DNA from: Chara braunii
Lineage: Eukaryota > Plantae > Charophyceae
NCBI GenBank assembly: GCA_003427395.1
Contig: BFEA01000001.1
Location: 12,007,725 to 12,066,736, forward strand
Length of the DNA stretch: 59,012 nucleotides
Direction of reading: 5' to 3'
Position numbers and translations under genes: made by a program. The notes under the pieces are model-generated. The model did no database searches, was not told the DNA's origin, and saw nothing but the letters and a program-made list of their open reading frames with translations. The stretch's first letter is position 1. Every line of letters starts with the position of its first letter. Positions 1 to 11,642 of the stretch are shown one piece after another.

Positions 1-86
<86 letters not shown>
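1..86. repeat. (GA)n microsatellite
   Basis: Perfect GA run from the window start. Confidence 0.99.
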
Positions 87-89
<3 letters not shown>

Positions 90-2009
90 TGGTTGCTGCG
101 TGGGAACCACTACCGTCCTCACCCGAATACAATGCCGGCCATTATGGCTGCATTTGGGACAACTTTCCGTCCAGATACAGCGATAATGACCAGGCGTTGT
201 ATTCGGGTGCCCGTTAACCACTTGTGCCACTGTGTAGCAGAAGCAGAAGATGGCTCTACCTTGCAGAGTGTGCTCTCGTTGCTACGTGATGCTAAGGTGA
301 GCTCACTGTGTAGCAGAAACAGAAGATCACTCTACCACGCGGAGTCTGCTCTGTCTGCTTGATAGTGCTACAGTGAGGACTACTTATACGGGTGCTAGTA
401 TGACTGGGCGGTGTCGACTCCCGTGTGAAAACCGGTTGGGTGAAAAATATGCCCTTTTTCATTTTGATTTCGGGATCCAACTGCACTTGCTGAGATCTGT
501 TGGATTCCACAATGAAACTTTGAAGGTACGTTATTTTGTTTGGGGGTGTACTGAGAGGGAGGAGGAGGGGGGTACTTTCAGGTGGCTTAGGTTTCCGGGG
601 TTGGGTGGGTCTCGAGTGTGCAGCAGCGTGGATAGCAGATAGAAGACAATTCAGACGACATTAGGAGGTAGAAGAATGTAAAGAAGAAAAGTGTATTTAG
701 CAGAACAAGAAGATGAAAAGAAGAAGAAAAGAAGAAGAAAAGAAGAAGAAAAGAAGAATAAAAGAAGAAGAAAGAGGACACAAAATTTGAGAGCAGCCAT
801 TTCCAAATTTCTTCAAGTTGAAGATCTGCGTCAGTTTCACATGACCGCGGTGGAAGTCTCTCTCTCTCTGTGCCTCGTCTCTCTCTCTCATTTGGAATCC
901 CCTTCGCTCATCTCCTCCTCAGGCAACTGTCTACTGCTCTCATCTGAATAGGGGTCATCCTCGGAGACTTCCACTTTGTGGGGCCTACCTGGACAACGTT
1001 CTTTCTTTTTTGCAACGTTATCCACCGTCTTTTGCTTGCGGGGCCTCCCACGACCATGGCGTGGTTTTGCAGGGACTCAATCCACTGGAGCTTTCCTCTT
1101 TCGCGCCGCCCTGCTTTTCCAAAGGTTGTCATGCTGGACATCCTCATTCTCTGTAGGGTATGGTGGCCTGCCAGTATAGTGTGCTGCTCCTCGCACTGTT
1201 GTCTGGAGTTCCTGCAGCTCTTCTGCAGCCACAGCCCGCTGATCCTGGTGCTGCTCTGGTGGTGCAGGCTGCTGCAGTGCAGGTGGGCGGGGTCTTCTTG
1301 CATATACCATGGGTGGTGGCTGCTGCAGCTTCTCTCCCTGTTGTTGCATATTTTCTTCGGTAGCCTCCATCAGTTGACTCCCTCCTGCTCCGATTTTTTC
1401 CTCTTCTTCATGCTGCTGATTGTTTTGCCCAAGTTCTGGAACATCCTCCCCAGCATTCTGCAACACAGCCTTCATCCTGCTCCGATTTTTTCTTCTTCTT
1501 CATGCTGCTGATAGTTTTGCCCAAGTTTTGGAACATCCTTCCCAGCATTCTGCAACGCAGCCTTCATTTTGTGCATGCTCATCCACCGCCTCTTGCACGG
1601 CATCCAAACCGCTGATCTGTTTGCTGCGTCTCATGCGGGCTGACCTGTTTGCTTTGTCTCTCTCTTTCCCTCCGGGTTGGGACAGCAGCACCCCGATCCT
1701 CCTCCTGCATATGCTTTTGAACAAGAACAACATTTCTGTCCGCCATAGCCTTCGTCCACGCTGCCTCACAAGAACAACATTTCTGTCCGCCATAGCCTTC
1801 GTCCACGCTGCCTCCTCCTCGTTTGCATCAGTCACCGGGTGCTATGCATCAGGCACCGGGTGCTATGCATCAGACCCTGGGTGTGTCAAGAACTCGATGT
1901 CTGTGTCCACTCTCTGCATGGGCTCAGAAGGCAGCAGCGCTGCCTCCTTCTCTCGCCTCCTAAGCCGCAAACTGGCGTATGTAGTCGTGGGACTGCTGAC
2001 ATGGCCCCT

Positions 2010-2468
2010 AACTTGAAATCGGAGTCCTCGGCAATATAAATATCATCCTTGACATCGCGCTCGTCGGAAGTGGACTTGTTCCACTACTTCCCCTTCCACT
2101 CGACATCCTCGAGGTCGCTGCTCCCGTTTGAGTCATCATCCACGAGCCCCTTCGGAACCCGTCCTTTTGGAGCCTCAGCCAATCTCTTTTGCCTCTTTTC
2201 CTCGTCCGCATTGATCGGAGTCTCCTCCATCGTGCCCTTCTGAACAGATCGATCTTCCTCCATCGGCTTTGTCAACGGCTCGAACGACCCCCACATGTCA
2301 ACGTAGCCATTGTCCTTGGTATTTGGAACACGCAGCAAATGCATGTTCCAATGAATGTAGACAAGCTTCTCCAATGACTCCGACGAGAGGCTGTTTCATT
2401 CCTTAGACTTTGATGGCAATCTCCTGCAATTCCGGGACATCTCCACCATGTACTGGCCACCAGTCTGG
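2010..2468 (-). pseudogene. hAT transposase C-terminal dimerisation region, degenerate
   Basis: Minus strand reads PDWWPVHGGDVPELQEIAIKV*GM, then after a deletion/frameshift NSLSSESLEKLVYIHWNMHLLR. These match the hAT dimerisation-domain motifs WW..HG...PELQ..A and L...LEKLVYIHWN. A low-complexity Q/E-rich tail with local tandem duplications continues towards ~900. Confidence 0.85.
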
Positions 2469-2469
2469 A

Positions 2470-3451
2470 AAGTAAGACGAAAAATTTTAAAATTAGAATA
2501 ACATTTTTTAAGATGAAATAAAAATTTAAAATTTAGAATGTAATTTTACTATAAAATGATTATTTAATTTAGGGAATTTTTTTGGTTGTATTTTGTGCCC
2601 GAGCGGGACTTTCACAAAACTTAAAAGTTATCGCGCTCTCCTATAGCACCTATTGGATCGCAGTGATATTCATAACATTAGATTTGTGAAAACGTAACAA
2701 AACGATAAAACCTCGCATTTTTTATAGAATGAAAAAGTAAAAGTCAAACTATTATTTTTGACACAAAAAGATAACGGTTTTAACTGTTTTTTTATAAAGG
2801 TGGCAAAAAAAGAAGTGAAAAGTCAAGCGTTCCTCAAAATATGCACGAAAACTCTTTCTCGTAAAATCATTTTATATATGTATAAGTCATTTTTAGTAGA
2901 TTGATAAAAAACAAAGTTGAAACAAGACAATTTAGAAAGACTACAAGGCAAACTTGAAAGATGTTAAAAAAAACGGATTTTTGTGAATACTCATTTGATG
3001 AATTATAAATCATTTTTAGCAGTTAGGTAAAAACCAAGATATGTTAAAACTAATTTACAAGACTATAAATCAATTTTGAAGTTAACAGTAAAAATCTTAT
3101 AAAAAAATATACGTTATTTAAAATAAGAATACAAACAACTTTTGTGTGGGAGACATTTTCAAATTCTTAGTCAAACACGAGTTTAAAATTTTAAAAAATG
3201 GAAAAATAAATAAAACAAACAGTAAAAAATAATATGTTCGGCCATANATGGGAGAATATGTTTGCTAACATGTTTGCACGTTCGAGAAAACCCCCAAGTA
3301 CGTTCATCGTGCTACACATATTATAAAACTATAAACATGATTTTTTTAAATATAACAAAAATTTGTGATATTTCGATTCTTGAAGATATGTTGCTTCACT
3401 CGATAGTGATTTTATGTGGAAAAACCTGCTTTTCTCCTCGTCACTTCCATT

Positions 3452-3484
<33 letters not shown>

Positions 3485-4915
3485 CGGTTGTTATACTTCA
3501 CGTAAAATTGTGTTCTTGGAGGAGGCCAGAAAAACCTACTATCATAATCTTATATACATGTCGTGCAAACCTATCAATTTGTTTTGTTAGGTTTTCAGAA
3601 ATCCTATGTTTTGTAAGATTGGTTTGTCAACAGATGAACAACTACTTCGCTCGAGCGCGCTTACACTCAACACCCACGCTCGCTCACTCATCGCTTTTGT
3701 TGCTAATTTTGTGAAATACGATATTTACAATAAACTAATGAGTCACCTGCTTTAACAAAAGGTGAGGTTGAAGAAGGGAGAATCACCCAACGACGAAATC
3801 ACCCGACCACACTTGTTGTGCGGTCGTAGCCCGCTCTGTTGCTCAGTGGTTTCATCCCACTAGCAACATTGAGTTTTTTTAACGCCCAACCACGTTGAGC
3901 TTCCTCAATCGCACCTCTCCAGAAAGGGGTTCAGATTCGGGCGGTGAATAAAACCAACGTTGTTAGTGGGACTTGGCCCCGGATGCTACGGATACCAAAC
4001 ACCATGTTTGGTAACATGTCCTTATCGTGGTCCTTCACAGCGGTAACAAGCGCGTGACGTGGGGCACAACAGTTTCGGGGTCGTTGCCAGACCCCGCGAA
4101 GACAAGTCGTTGAAGTTATTGAATAAATTTAAGGGTGTACTCACACAAGACTCTCCTCGATGCATCTCACTCGAATCCTTAGTCGTAACCCGAACCATCA
4201 CATCGAAACAATCCTGACAGAGGACATGTTGCCCAAATGTCAAGAAGACAGCAGGACGTTCGTAACAGTGCGGCATCATGCAGCTCTGATAACGTCCTTC
4301 GGAACAGAAAGGACAACGTACATCTGGATGATAGGGATGTGCACAATGAGGAAATGTTAGACACCCTTCCGCACATACGGCGGCAGTCGCAAAGATTGAT
4401 AATGGTGCTGACACAGATAATGCATTTCACAACCAAGACGCACCCCGTCCCTATCCCGACAAATGTCGCACGAGAGACGCTCAACAATCCAGAATAGTGT
4501 ATGATTCGACAAACCTCGCAAGAATTCATTTATGTTGACAATAACCTGAATTGTCACACTGTGAATCGGAGCGTCGCGTGGCTCCTTTTCTTGTGATGTT
4601 TGTCCATATATGTTCATCTTTCTGAACTTCCCCTTCCACAGTCGCTCTCAAGAACTCGTACAGATAATCCCACATGTCCACATGCCGCTTAGAATCCCAC
4701 TTGTCTCTAATCTGCCTCAACAAGAAACATATTCTATTTATAAGTAATGAATTATAAAAATACATCTAATTGTATCAATATGCGTTATTCTAGTTATATA
4801 TCATTGTTCTATTTATCATAGAATATTAGACAAATAAATGTACGTATTGCTATTTACTATATGTATTATTTATTATTCCATAGAATATAATTATATGTAT
4901 TTCTTGGAATATATC
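2470..4915. other. AT-rich insertion splitting the hAT transposase
   Basis: Abrupt switch to very AT-rich sequence (2470-3750 and 4730-4915) between two collinear transposase segments. No TIR or TSD recognised. Confidence 0.7.
4022..4718 (-). pseudogene. Cys-rich multi-zinc-finger / RING-like protein remnant (frameshifted)
   Basis: Overlapping minus ORFs join into a CxxC-rich string: CEVC, CIIC, CPFC, then CMMPHCYERPAVFLTFGQHVLCQDCF...LLCPTSR, which resembles a degenerate C3HC4 RING. Confidence 0.5.
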
Positions 4916-4917
4916 TG

Positions 4918-5730
4918 TTTTGCACGAGGGGGCTGTCCAGATCATTTAGCCTACTCGGATGTCTCCTTCGTGGATCCAGAAGAAAGGCAGATGTGTGCAC
5001 GGGCTGCCGCATCATCTGCACGTGATCCTTCACCTTGGCCATAACGATTTCCCTCTCCTCCTTCGTGAGCACGGCATTTGACAACTTCCATGCAATCAAA
5101 TTGTTGTATTCCACGAGGTTTGTGGGAGAAACTCCATCCTTGTCCATCCTTTTCAGCTGGCTGTACACCGGCTCTGTGATTGCCACAATTTCTTGACCTT
5201 GGCCCACCAGCTCTCATACCTCACTGTGAAGTAGGCCATTTACTGCAACTCCTAACAACCACAATGCTCTCCACCTTGCAGCACAACTACCATCGACCAT
5301 CTCGTTCAACACGTCCTCCCTGTTCAACAGCCTTTGCAACATCTGGTACGCTGACCCAAACCGGACCTCTGTCGGGCGCAGCAACGACACGGAGTCATCA
5401 ATTGACATCGTCAGACCATGGGTAACGCGATGGTTCCTTGTGAACTTCATGATGGTGTTGGCCGTCTTTACTGTGTCCTTCACCCATTCCAGATTGCTCA
5501 GGTCCTTCAACAACAAACTGCAACAGTGCGCTGCACACGACACCCAGGGTATCCTTGCAACATCTCTATTTGTCAGCCTCTCCAAGATCTGGGGAACCCT
5601 CTTGTTCACCTCCGCACTGTCTGTACATATTGCGTTGATCGATGCAGCCCAATCTCCTGCGTCACCTGCTTCCATAACTTGGCCAATGCTGATGTGTTTT
5701 TCTTCCTCACTGTCATATGAACCGTGGTGA
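4918..5730 (-). pseudogene. hAT-family (DUF659-type) transposase, catalytic/central region
   Basis: INAICTDSAEVN...IPWVSCAAHCCSLLLKD...LLRPTEVRFGSAYQMLQRL...EPVYSQLKRMD...HTSAFLLDPRRR. Shows the TD(N/S)A, CxxH, (T/V)RF and A.LLDP motifs of hAT transposases; frameshifted near 5210. Confidence 0.92.
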
Positions 5731-6312
5731 CCAAAACGAACAGGAAGCTGAAGTGGAACGTCAGCTTCACTTCAGCTTCTTCTTCTTATTGTTATATATA
5801 TCGTCAAACAGAACTGCCCGGTAAACCGTAGGCAGAGAGGGTGAAGAGGACAACAAACGAGGTGAAGAGGACAACAAACGAGAGGCTGTGACAGGGATTC
5901 AAACCATCTACAGTCTGCAGAATGCCCTGACTGATTACACTAACTGATAATCCACCTTAACCCCAGTTGTGGTTAAGCATCAACAACTGCCCAACAACTG
6001 ATACCCTGAGGTGGGCACCAACCACTGCCCTCAAGGTGCCTCTGACAAAAATCAAATCAGACTATCACTCACCCACACCAGATGGAAAACTCTATGGAAA
6101 GGTCTGTCACAGCCAAAAAATACACTTCAGACACGCTGCTGGCACTAGACATACAGCATGGCCGCGTAGTGACGGCCCCGACCACTGACGTTCGACCTGA
6201 CCAGAGAAAACTGTAGCAGGGTGCCATCCGAGTCGTGTATATATCGTCAAACAGAACTGCCCAATTAACCGCAGGCAGAGAGGGAGAAGAGGACAACAAA
6301 CGAGAGGCTGTG

Positions 6313-6355
6313 ACCTCTACAAATGAGTCGGAGTTTCACCAAGTCATCAGGAGGC
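6313..6355 (-). ncRNA. Candidate minimal type I hammerhead ribozyme
   Basis: Minus strand GCCUC-CUGAUGA-CUUGGU-GAAAC-UCCGACUCAUUU-GUA-GAGGU: intact core, GUA cleavage triplet, stem I GCCUC/GAGGU and a 2-bp stem III. The stem II closing pair is a C-U mismatch. Confidence 0.35.
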
Positions 6356-6394
6356 TGCGCCCTGCAGAATCCCTGACCTGATTACACTGTAAAT

Positions 6395-7032
6395 CATGGT
6401 TGCATACCCGACTACTGCCGACCCCAACAGCTGACAGTTTTGCAGAGGACCAGTAGGGCCGACCGGTCCGCAGTCTGCCGACCAGTCAGAAAATAGCCAT
6501 CAACTATTTTTTTTTCAGATCTGAGTTGGAAGCTGTACTGCGCTTGCTGAGTACAGCCCAAATCCGCTGAGAAACTTTTGGGGATTGGGGGGAGGGGGGG
6601 TATAGGTGGNNNNNNNNNNNNNNNNNNNNNNNNNNNNNNNNNNNNNNNNNNNNNNNNNNNNNNNNNNNNNNNNNNNNNNNNNNNNNNNNNNNNNNNNNNN
6701 NNNNNNNNNNNNNNNNNNNNNNNNNNNNNNNNNNNNNNNNNNNNNNNNNNNNNNNNNNNNNNNNNNNNNNNGGGGGGGGTATGGGGGGTTTGGGGGGGGG
6801 TATGAGGGTGTTGGGGGGCAGTTTGGGGGTGTTGGGGGTTGGATGGGGGTATTTGGGTTGGGTATGGGGTGTTGGTGGGGTTATAAGGGGTCATAAGGGG
6901 TTCTGGACCCCCCCAAAAAAAAAATTGTGGGGTGCCGACGACTCCCGACCGGTAGGTGCCGACCAGCCAACTGGTCGGTGCGTCGGCAGCCGACCAGTCA
7001 AGGGTCGCCGACGGTTGGGATGTGCAACACTG
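6395..7032. mobile_element. Non-autonomous hAT-type MITE (contains a gap)
   Basis: 8-bp TSD CTGTAAAT at 6387-6394 and 7033-7040. Imperfect TIRs CATGGTTGCA/TGCAACACTG, with subterminal CCGAC repeats. Confidence 0.85.
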
Positions 7033-8547
7033 CTGTAAATGATAATCCACCTTAACCCCGGTTGTGGCTCTGCATCACCGACTGCCCGGCAACTTATACC
7101 CTGAGCTGGGCACCAACCACTATGCATATGATACATGTACATATTTTACATGCTAAAAATAAAATAAAACAGAGGAGCTTCTGCCTTTTCTCTCCGCACA
7201 AGATTTCTGTCCTTTTCGAGCTCATCTTGGGCCACCTCCGTTATCTTCTAACAGTTGTGCTGCCACTGGCCAAGCTCCCAACATCCTATACATAACGCAC
7301 CCGTATCTGGCTCACTTCATGCGCCAGATACAGACACAGATTCCCACAGCACTGCCCATTTTCTTCAACTGGCAGTCACTCTAAAAGGTAAGTCATTTTC
7401 TATCTTTTTTTTTTTTTTTTTGGCCTGCCGATGAGGCAGAGCACTTTACGGGCGCAGATACAGAAGAAATAAGAGTAACAAGCACAGCCGCGGCGCAGAG
7501 GGGAAAGAAAACAACACGGCCCAAGTCAGGCACAACTCGGCCCTTGGCATGGCCAGACGGTACGATTCAGGTCATGTGGTATGATGCGGTGTGGCGGTAC
7601 CATGTGGGCCGGACGATATTATACAGTCTGCATGATGCCACATGGGTTGGATGGCAGTATTCGACTGGGCAGCAACATGTTCAAAAAGGAAAAAGGGAGA
7701 CCAACATTTATGGCATACTCAGAGCAGCACTTTAGGCCATTCTCACAACAGCACTATCTGACCACAATAACGACTCACAACGATTTCCCCTTTCCTTCTT
7801 CTCTCAACCCTGTGTTTGTGCTGTACTTGTATTCCAGCATTCCGGAAAATCCACGCTCGCCCACAACCGCGGAACGCCAAAAAGAAGTAAAAAAAACAAA
7901 GAACCGGGATCCCCTCACGACCCCGGCGTTGCTGCTGTGTACTTGTATTCGAGCATGTGGCGGATACTCGGCCATGTCTGGACTCTCGCATGCTACGCGC
8001 CATACCCGAACAAACAAAAAAGAGGATTTTATTCGAACATGTGCAGCGTGAGGAGCGCCATGCCAATACCAGAAACAGCAAGGGGACCCCCCGACGACCG
8101 CGATGCTGCTTCTATGTCCTTGTATTCAAGCATGTGGCGGATACCCTTGTGATGCGTCTGGATGAACTCACACCAAACCCGAAAAAAAAAAGGGTGGATT
8201 GCTCCTACTGGCCTATCTCGGGCCCAGAGGACATCGGGCCCAAACTGGCCGCTACGAGACCCGCAATTCTTTAAGAGTATATAGAGAAGGGAAAAACAAA
8301 AGACCTGAAACCAAATGCTTACAACGACACCTGTTTTCATGAGCCTTTTCCAGCTGTTTTCATGTCTTTCTGTCCCCCTACAGTGTGTGCCTGTGATGTG
8401 GCTGTGGTTCGCCTTTTGTCATTCAGTCTTCTTTTTTTTTTTTTTTTTTTTTTTTTTTCAAATTTGGTAAGGAATTCGGATGTAATGCTCAGGCAAATCT
8501 TGTTTAATTTATTTTTCTCTAAAACATATTTTTTTTCAGATTTTCAG

Positions 8548-8578
<31 letters not shown>

Positions 8579-8840
8579 GGGTTCTCGTCCACACATGTAT
8601 TTCCACAAGTGCGGACTGAACCAGCAGGTAAACCAACACTCCATTGGGCCTACCACCTTCCCGTTCCACTACCAGGCCTCCCCCAAACCCCAAAATCTTC
8701 AGATTGAGCCACTTGTTCTCAAGTTGCCTGGGGCCGTGTACTGGTGGTTTAAGAGCAAGGTTTCTTCAAGCAACCAGACTCTTCGGAGTCCCTGCAAAAT
8801 GCACCTCGGGAAATGCACTTGCTACTTTCTATCTCGACCT

Positions 8841-11642
8841 TTTTTTTTTTTTTTATAAACAAAGCTCCATCTATTGGTGGGGAGCAACACCTGCTGGAAA
8901 CCGGGTCCAGCGTCCCATAGATAGAACCATATCCTCACATATTGGCACAAACTGGGAACCGGGCCCAGCGTCCCATCACGAGGACATTCAGACAGCTCAT
9001 CAGGAAATTTCATGGAAGTGAGACTAGGAACCTACTCGAAAAATCCAATTGGCCTAAGGATGGAATTTTGAGAATTAAGATACTGGGGCGATTACCCGGC
9101 ATTGGCTCAGAGAATTGAGGCTACTTCAAACCTATCTATGACAAACACCATGATTCAGAAACGACTCAGAAGAATTCCCCCTCAATCCACTTTACCTCCC
9201 TCCGGCAAGACTGACTACAGCGGAGCCACCATCTCTGCCGCTGCTATACCATACTCCCATCCCACCAGCTAGCCCCCTCACTGGTAGGACGCGTGATAAC
9301 CCACCATCTTCTCCCACTCTCCTTATTCTGTTTTCAAAAAATAAAAAAAGGAAAATTAGAGAAACAAAAATCAGAGCTGAACCACCATCAATCCAAACCA
9401 AACCCACACTACAGGCGAGAAACTGTCACTCAAGCTTTCAGTCCTCGTACCAGAAGTCGCCAGTTCTCACCCCCCCCTCACTAGGGTTACAAGGTAACAC
9501 AAGCTGCCCCAGCACCGAACTGACTGTTTTCTGACGGACAGGAAGCATCTTCCCCCCTCGACACTTAGCTGCCAACCCCCCTACCGGGTTACAGGGGCAC
9601 TGCCCCAGATTCAGCTACGTTGAAAGAGGTGGTTATGCCTTCCACACTCGGCAAGCTCCAATGGCCTCAAGCTCCTCCATGGTCACAGCACTGCTCCAGC
9701 ACCGGCCACTGTCGCCCCACCCCGTCCTTCTAATAGACTTACCCCCCTGAGCCACCCTTCCCCTCCTGCATGAGCCCCCCCAAAATTTCTTCCCAACCAT
9801 GCTTCCGATTTCACTGTCCATTTGAAAAAACAAGAGGAGGCAGCCATCAACAATCTGACTCTTACCTTCACCACCGATGAGGGACACGCCGATCCAGCTT
9901 TCAGTCCTCGTACCAGAACTCGTCAGATCTCATACCCCTGTGTTAGGGTTACAAGGCAACACAAACAACCCCAGTACCGATCTAACTGATTCTGACGGAC
10001 AGAGAGTGCCTTCCCCCCTCGACACCTCTCTTAACTGCATGGCCCCTCAAAAGGTTACAGGGTCACCGCCCCAGCAACAGCTACGTCGGGCGAGATGGTT
10101 ATGCCTTCTACCCTCGGCATAACTTCAATGGCCTCAAGCTCCCCCGGTCACAGAGCGAATGCTCCAGCACCGGCCAGCGTCGTCCCACCCCACCCTTCTG
10201 GTAAGACTTACCTCTGTAAACCGCCGGTCCCTCATCTAAGCGAACCCCCCCACTTCCCACCTACCCCTAATTCGACCTCCCCCCCTTTTAATTTGCAAAA
10301 CCGCAACGGCCGCAATCACGACAAAGAAATAAGATTTGCAGATGGGGATTTATTCACATAGAAAAGAACTGCGAAAACACTCTTGAAAAATAGGAATTAA
10401 AACCACAATTGAGAAATCTGTCTGCAACAGCCTTTTCGGAAAGAAACATTTGTGATCGAAAATTCAAGAAATCCAACTAAGACGTCCCATTGGACTCACG
10501 AATGTCTATGATCAGGAATAATCCTGACATAGTTGAGGTCATCAGCTAACGGATTTCAAAGATGGGATTGAAGATGAGATTTGATAAAATTTGAAAATCC
10601 AAGTAAGGAAAACTCACTCAGACAGCGAATCAAGAACTTGTTAAGAACTCTAGTTCCAGAAATCGACAGGAAATAACGACATGAGAATACGACATGAGAA
10701 TACGACATGTAGAATACGACAGGAGATAAGGACATGAGAATACCACACGAATCAAGATATTCCAATTGGGTGCATCATCAGGGATAGCGACATAGAAAAG
10801 ACGAATATCATCAGGGATAACGACATAGAAAAGACGAATGGGTAATACAAAATCTGGGGGACTATCGTGGGAACAGCCTAATCCCCGAAGCCCTAAGATA
10901 CTATGGGAAAATAGAGCGATACTTAGGTTGACGTCTTCGAGAAACTGCCGCGCGCCGAGCTCCCATCGCCTCGTAAAGTTGTCTCGTTCTTCTTAAAATC
11001 GCCAGCTCTTCAGGTCATCTCAAGACACTCCACTCCCGCCATCTCCAGATCCCACTTCCAGACCGCCATCCCGACCAAACTCATCCCCCTCCTCTTCCTG
11101 CGAGAGGAACACCCTCTCCTCCCCATAGCCAGTTCTAGGACAGCCCTTTAGCAAAGTGCACTAGCCAGAAGAGATACTCAGGACACCGCCGCCTCCATAA
11201 AACTTTCTGAAGGCGATTGTGTTGTGAGTGACAGCGTCAAGCCCGTCAACGCAGCCTCACAGAGAGTTCGATCCCTGCACAGCGACCCTCAATAGCTGGA
11301 TCGGAAGAAACAGGAGACGGAGAACGAGATAGGAAGAGGGGAAAACCCAAGACACTCTCCTTCGATACACCCCTCCCTCTTCTTTCCACAAGGGGCATCC
11401 CACATCTTCCCCACCATACACACCCCCTCCCATCCCCTACCTCCATCACCAACGGACCGCAGCGCCCTCACAACCTCGTCGCAGCCATCGCCTTCGCTCG
11501 CCCGCCTCGTGCTGCTCGTCGCGCCAACCAGTTCCAGCCATCGCCTTCGCTCGCCCGCCTCGTGCTGCTCGTCGCGCCGACCAGTTCGCGCCGTAGGGGA
11601 GGGGCGCAGCGCTTCCGGTAGCGCCGCGCCCCTGGTGGTTTA
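8841..11642 (-). mobile_element. 2.8-kb non-autonomous non-LTR (LINE-mobilised) retroposon
   Basis: 17-bp TSD ACTTTCTATCTCGACCT at 8824-8840 and 11643-11659; poly(T) at 8841-8854 is the poly(A) tail on minus. Removing the element rejoins a Gypsy chromodomain. No RT/EN ORF. Confidence 0.88.

Larger units (their letters stand above)
5790..7121. repeat. Dispersed repeat in partial tandem arrangement (unit 1 ~5790-6235; unit 2 6236-6394 + 7041-7121)
   Basis: ATATATCGTCAAACAGAACTGCCC...GAAGAGGACAACAAACGAGAGGCTGTGAC and GATAATCCACCTTAACCCC...GGGCACCAACCAC both occur twice. An inverted third copy lies at ~27826-28035. Confidence 0.85.

Noticed and set aside
5890-5945. tRNA-like B box (GGTTTGAATCCC on minus) in the dispersed repeat
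   Set aside because: Mismatch in the B-box core, no proper A box, and absent from the second copy.
7250-7295. Minus-strand CIGCWELGQWQHNC zinc-knuckle-like peptide
   Set aside because: His is replaced and stops flank it; at most a small TE remnant that cannot be assigned.
8985-9010. Minus-strand CUGAUGAGCUGUCUGAAU hammerhead-like string
   Set aside because: GAAU instead of GAAA, and no stem I/III pairing found.
9482-9493. TAGGGTTAC motifs as telomeric repeats or a telomerase template
   Set aside because: Isolated single units with no array or other supporting structure.
10677-10838. Short direct repeats (CGACATGAGAATA; 33-bp duplicate) as a CRISPR array
   Set aside because: No unique spacers and no cas genes in a eukaryotic context; simple minisatellite.
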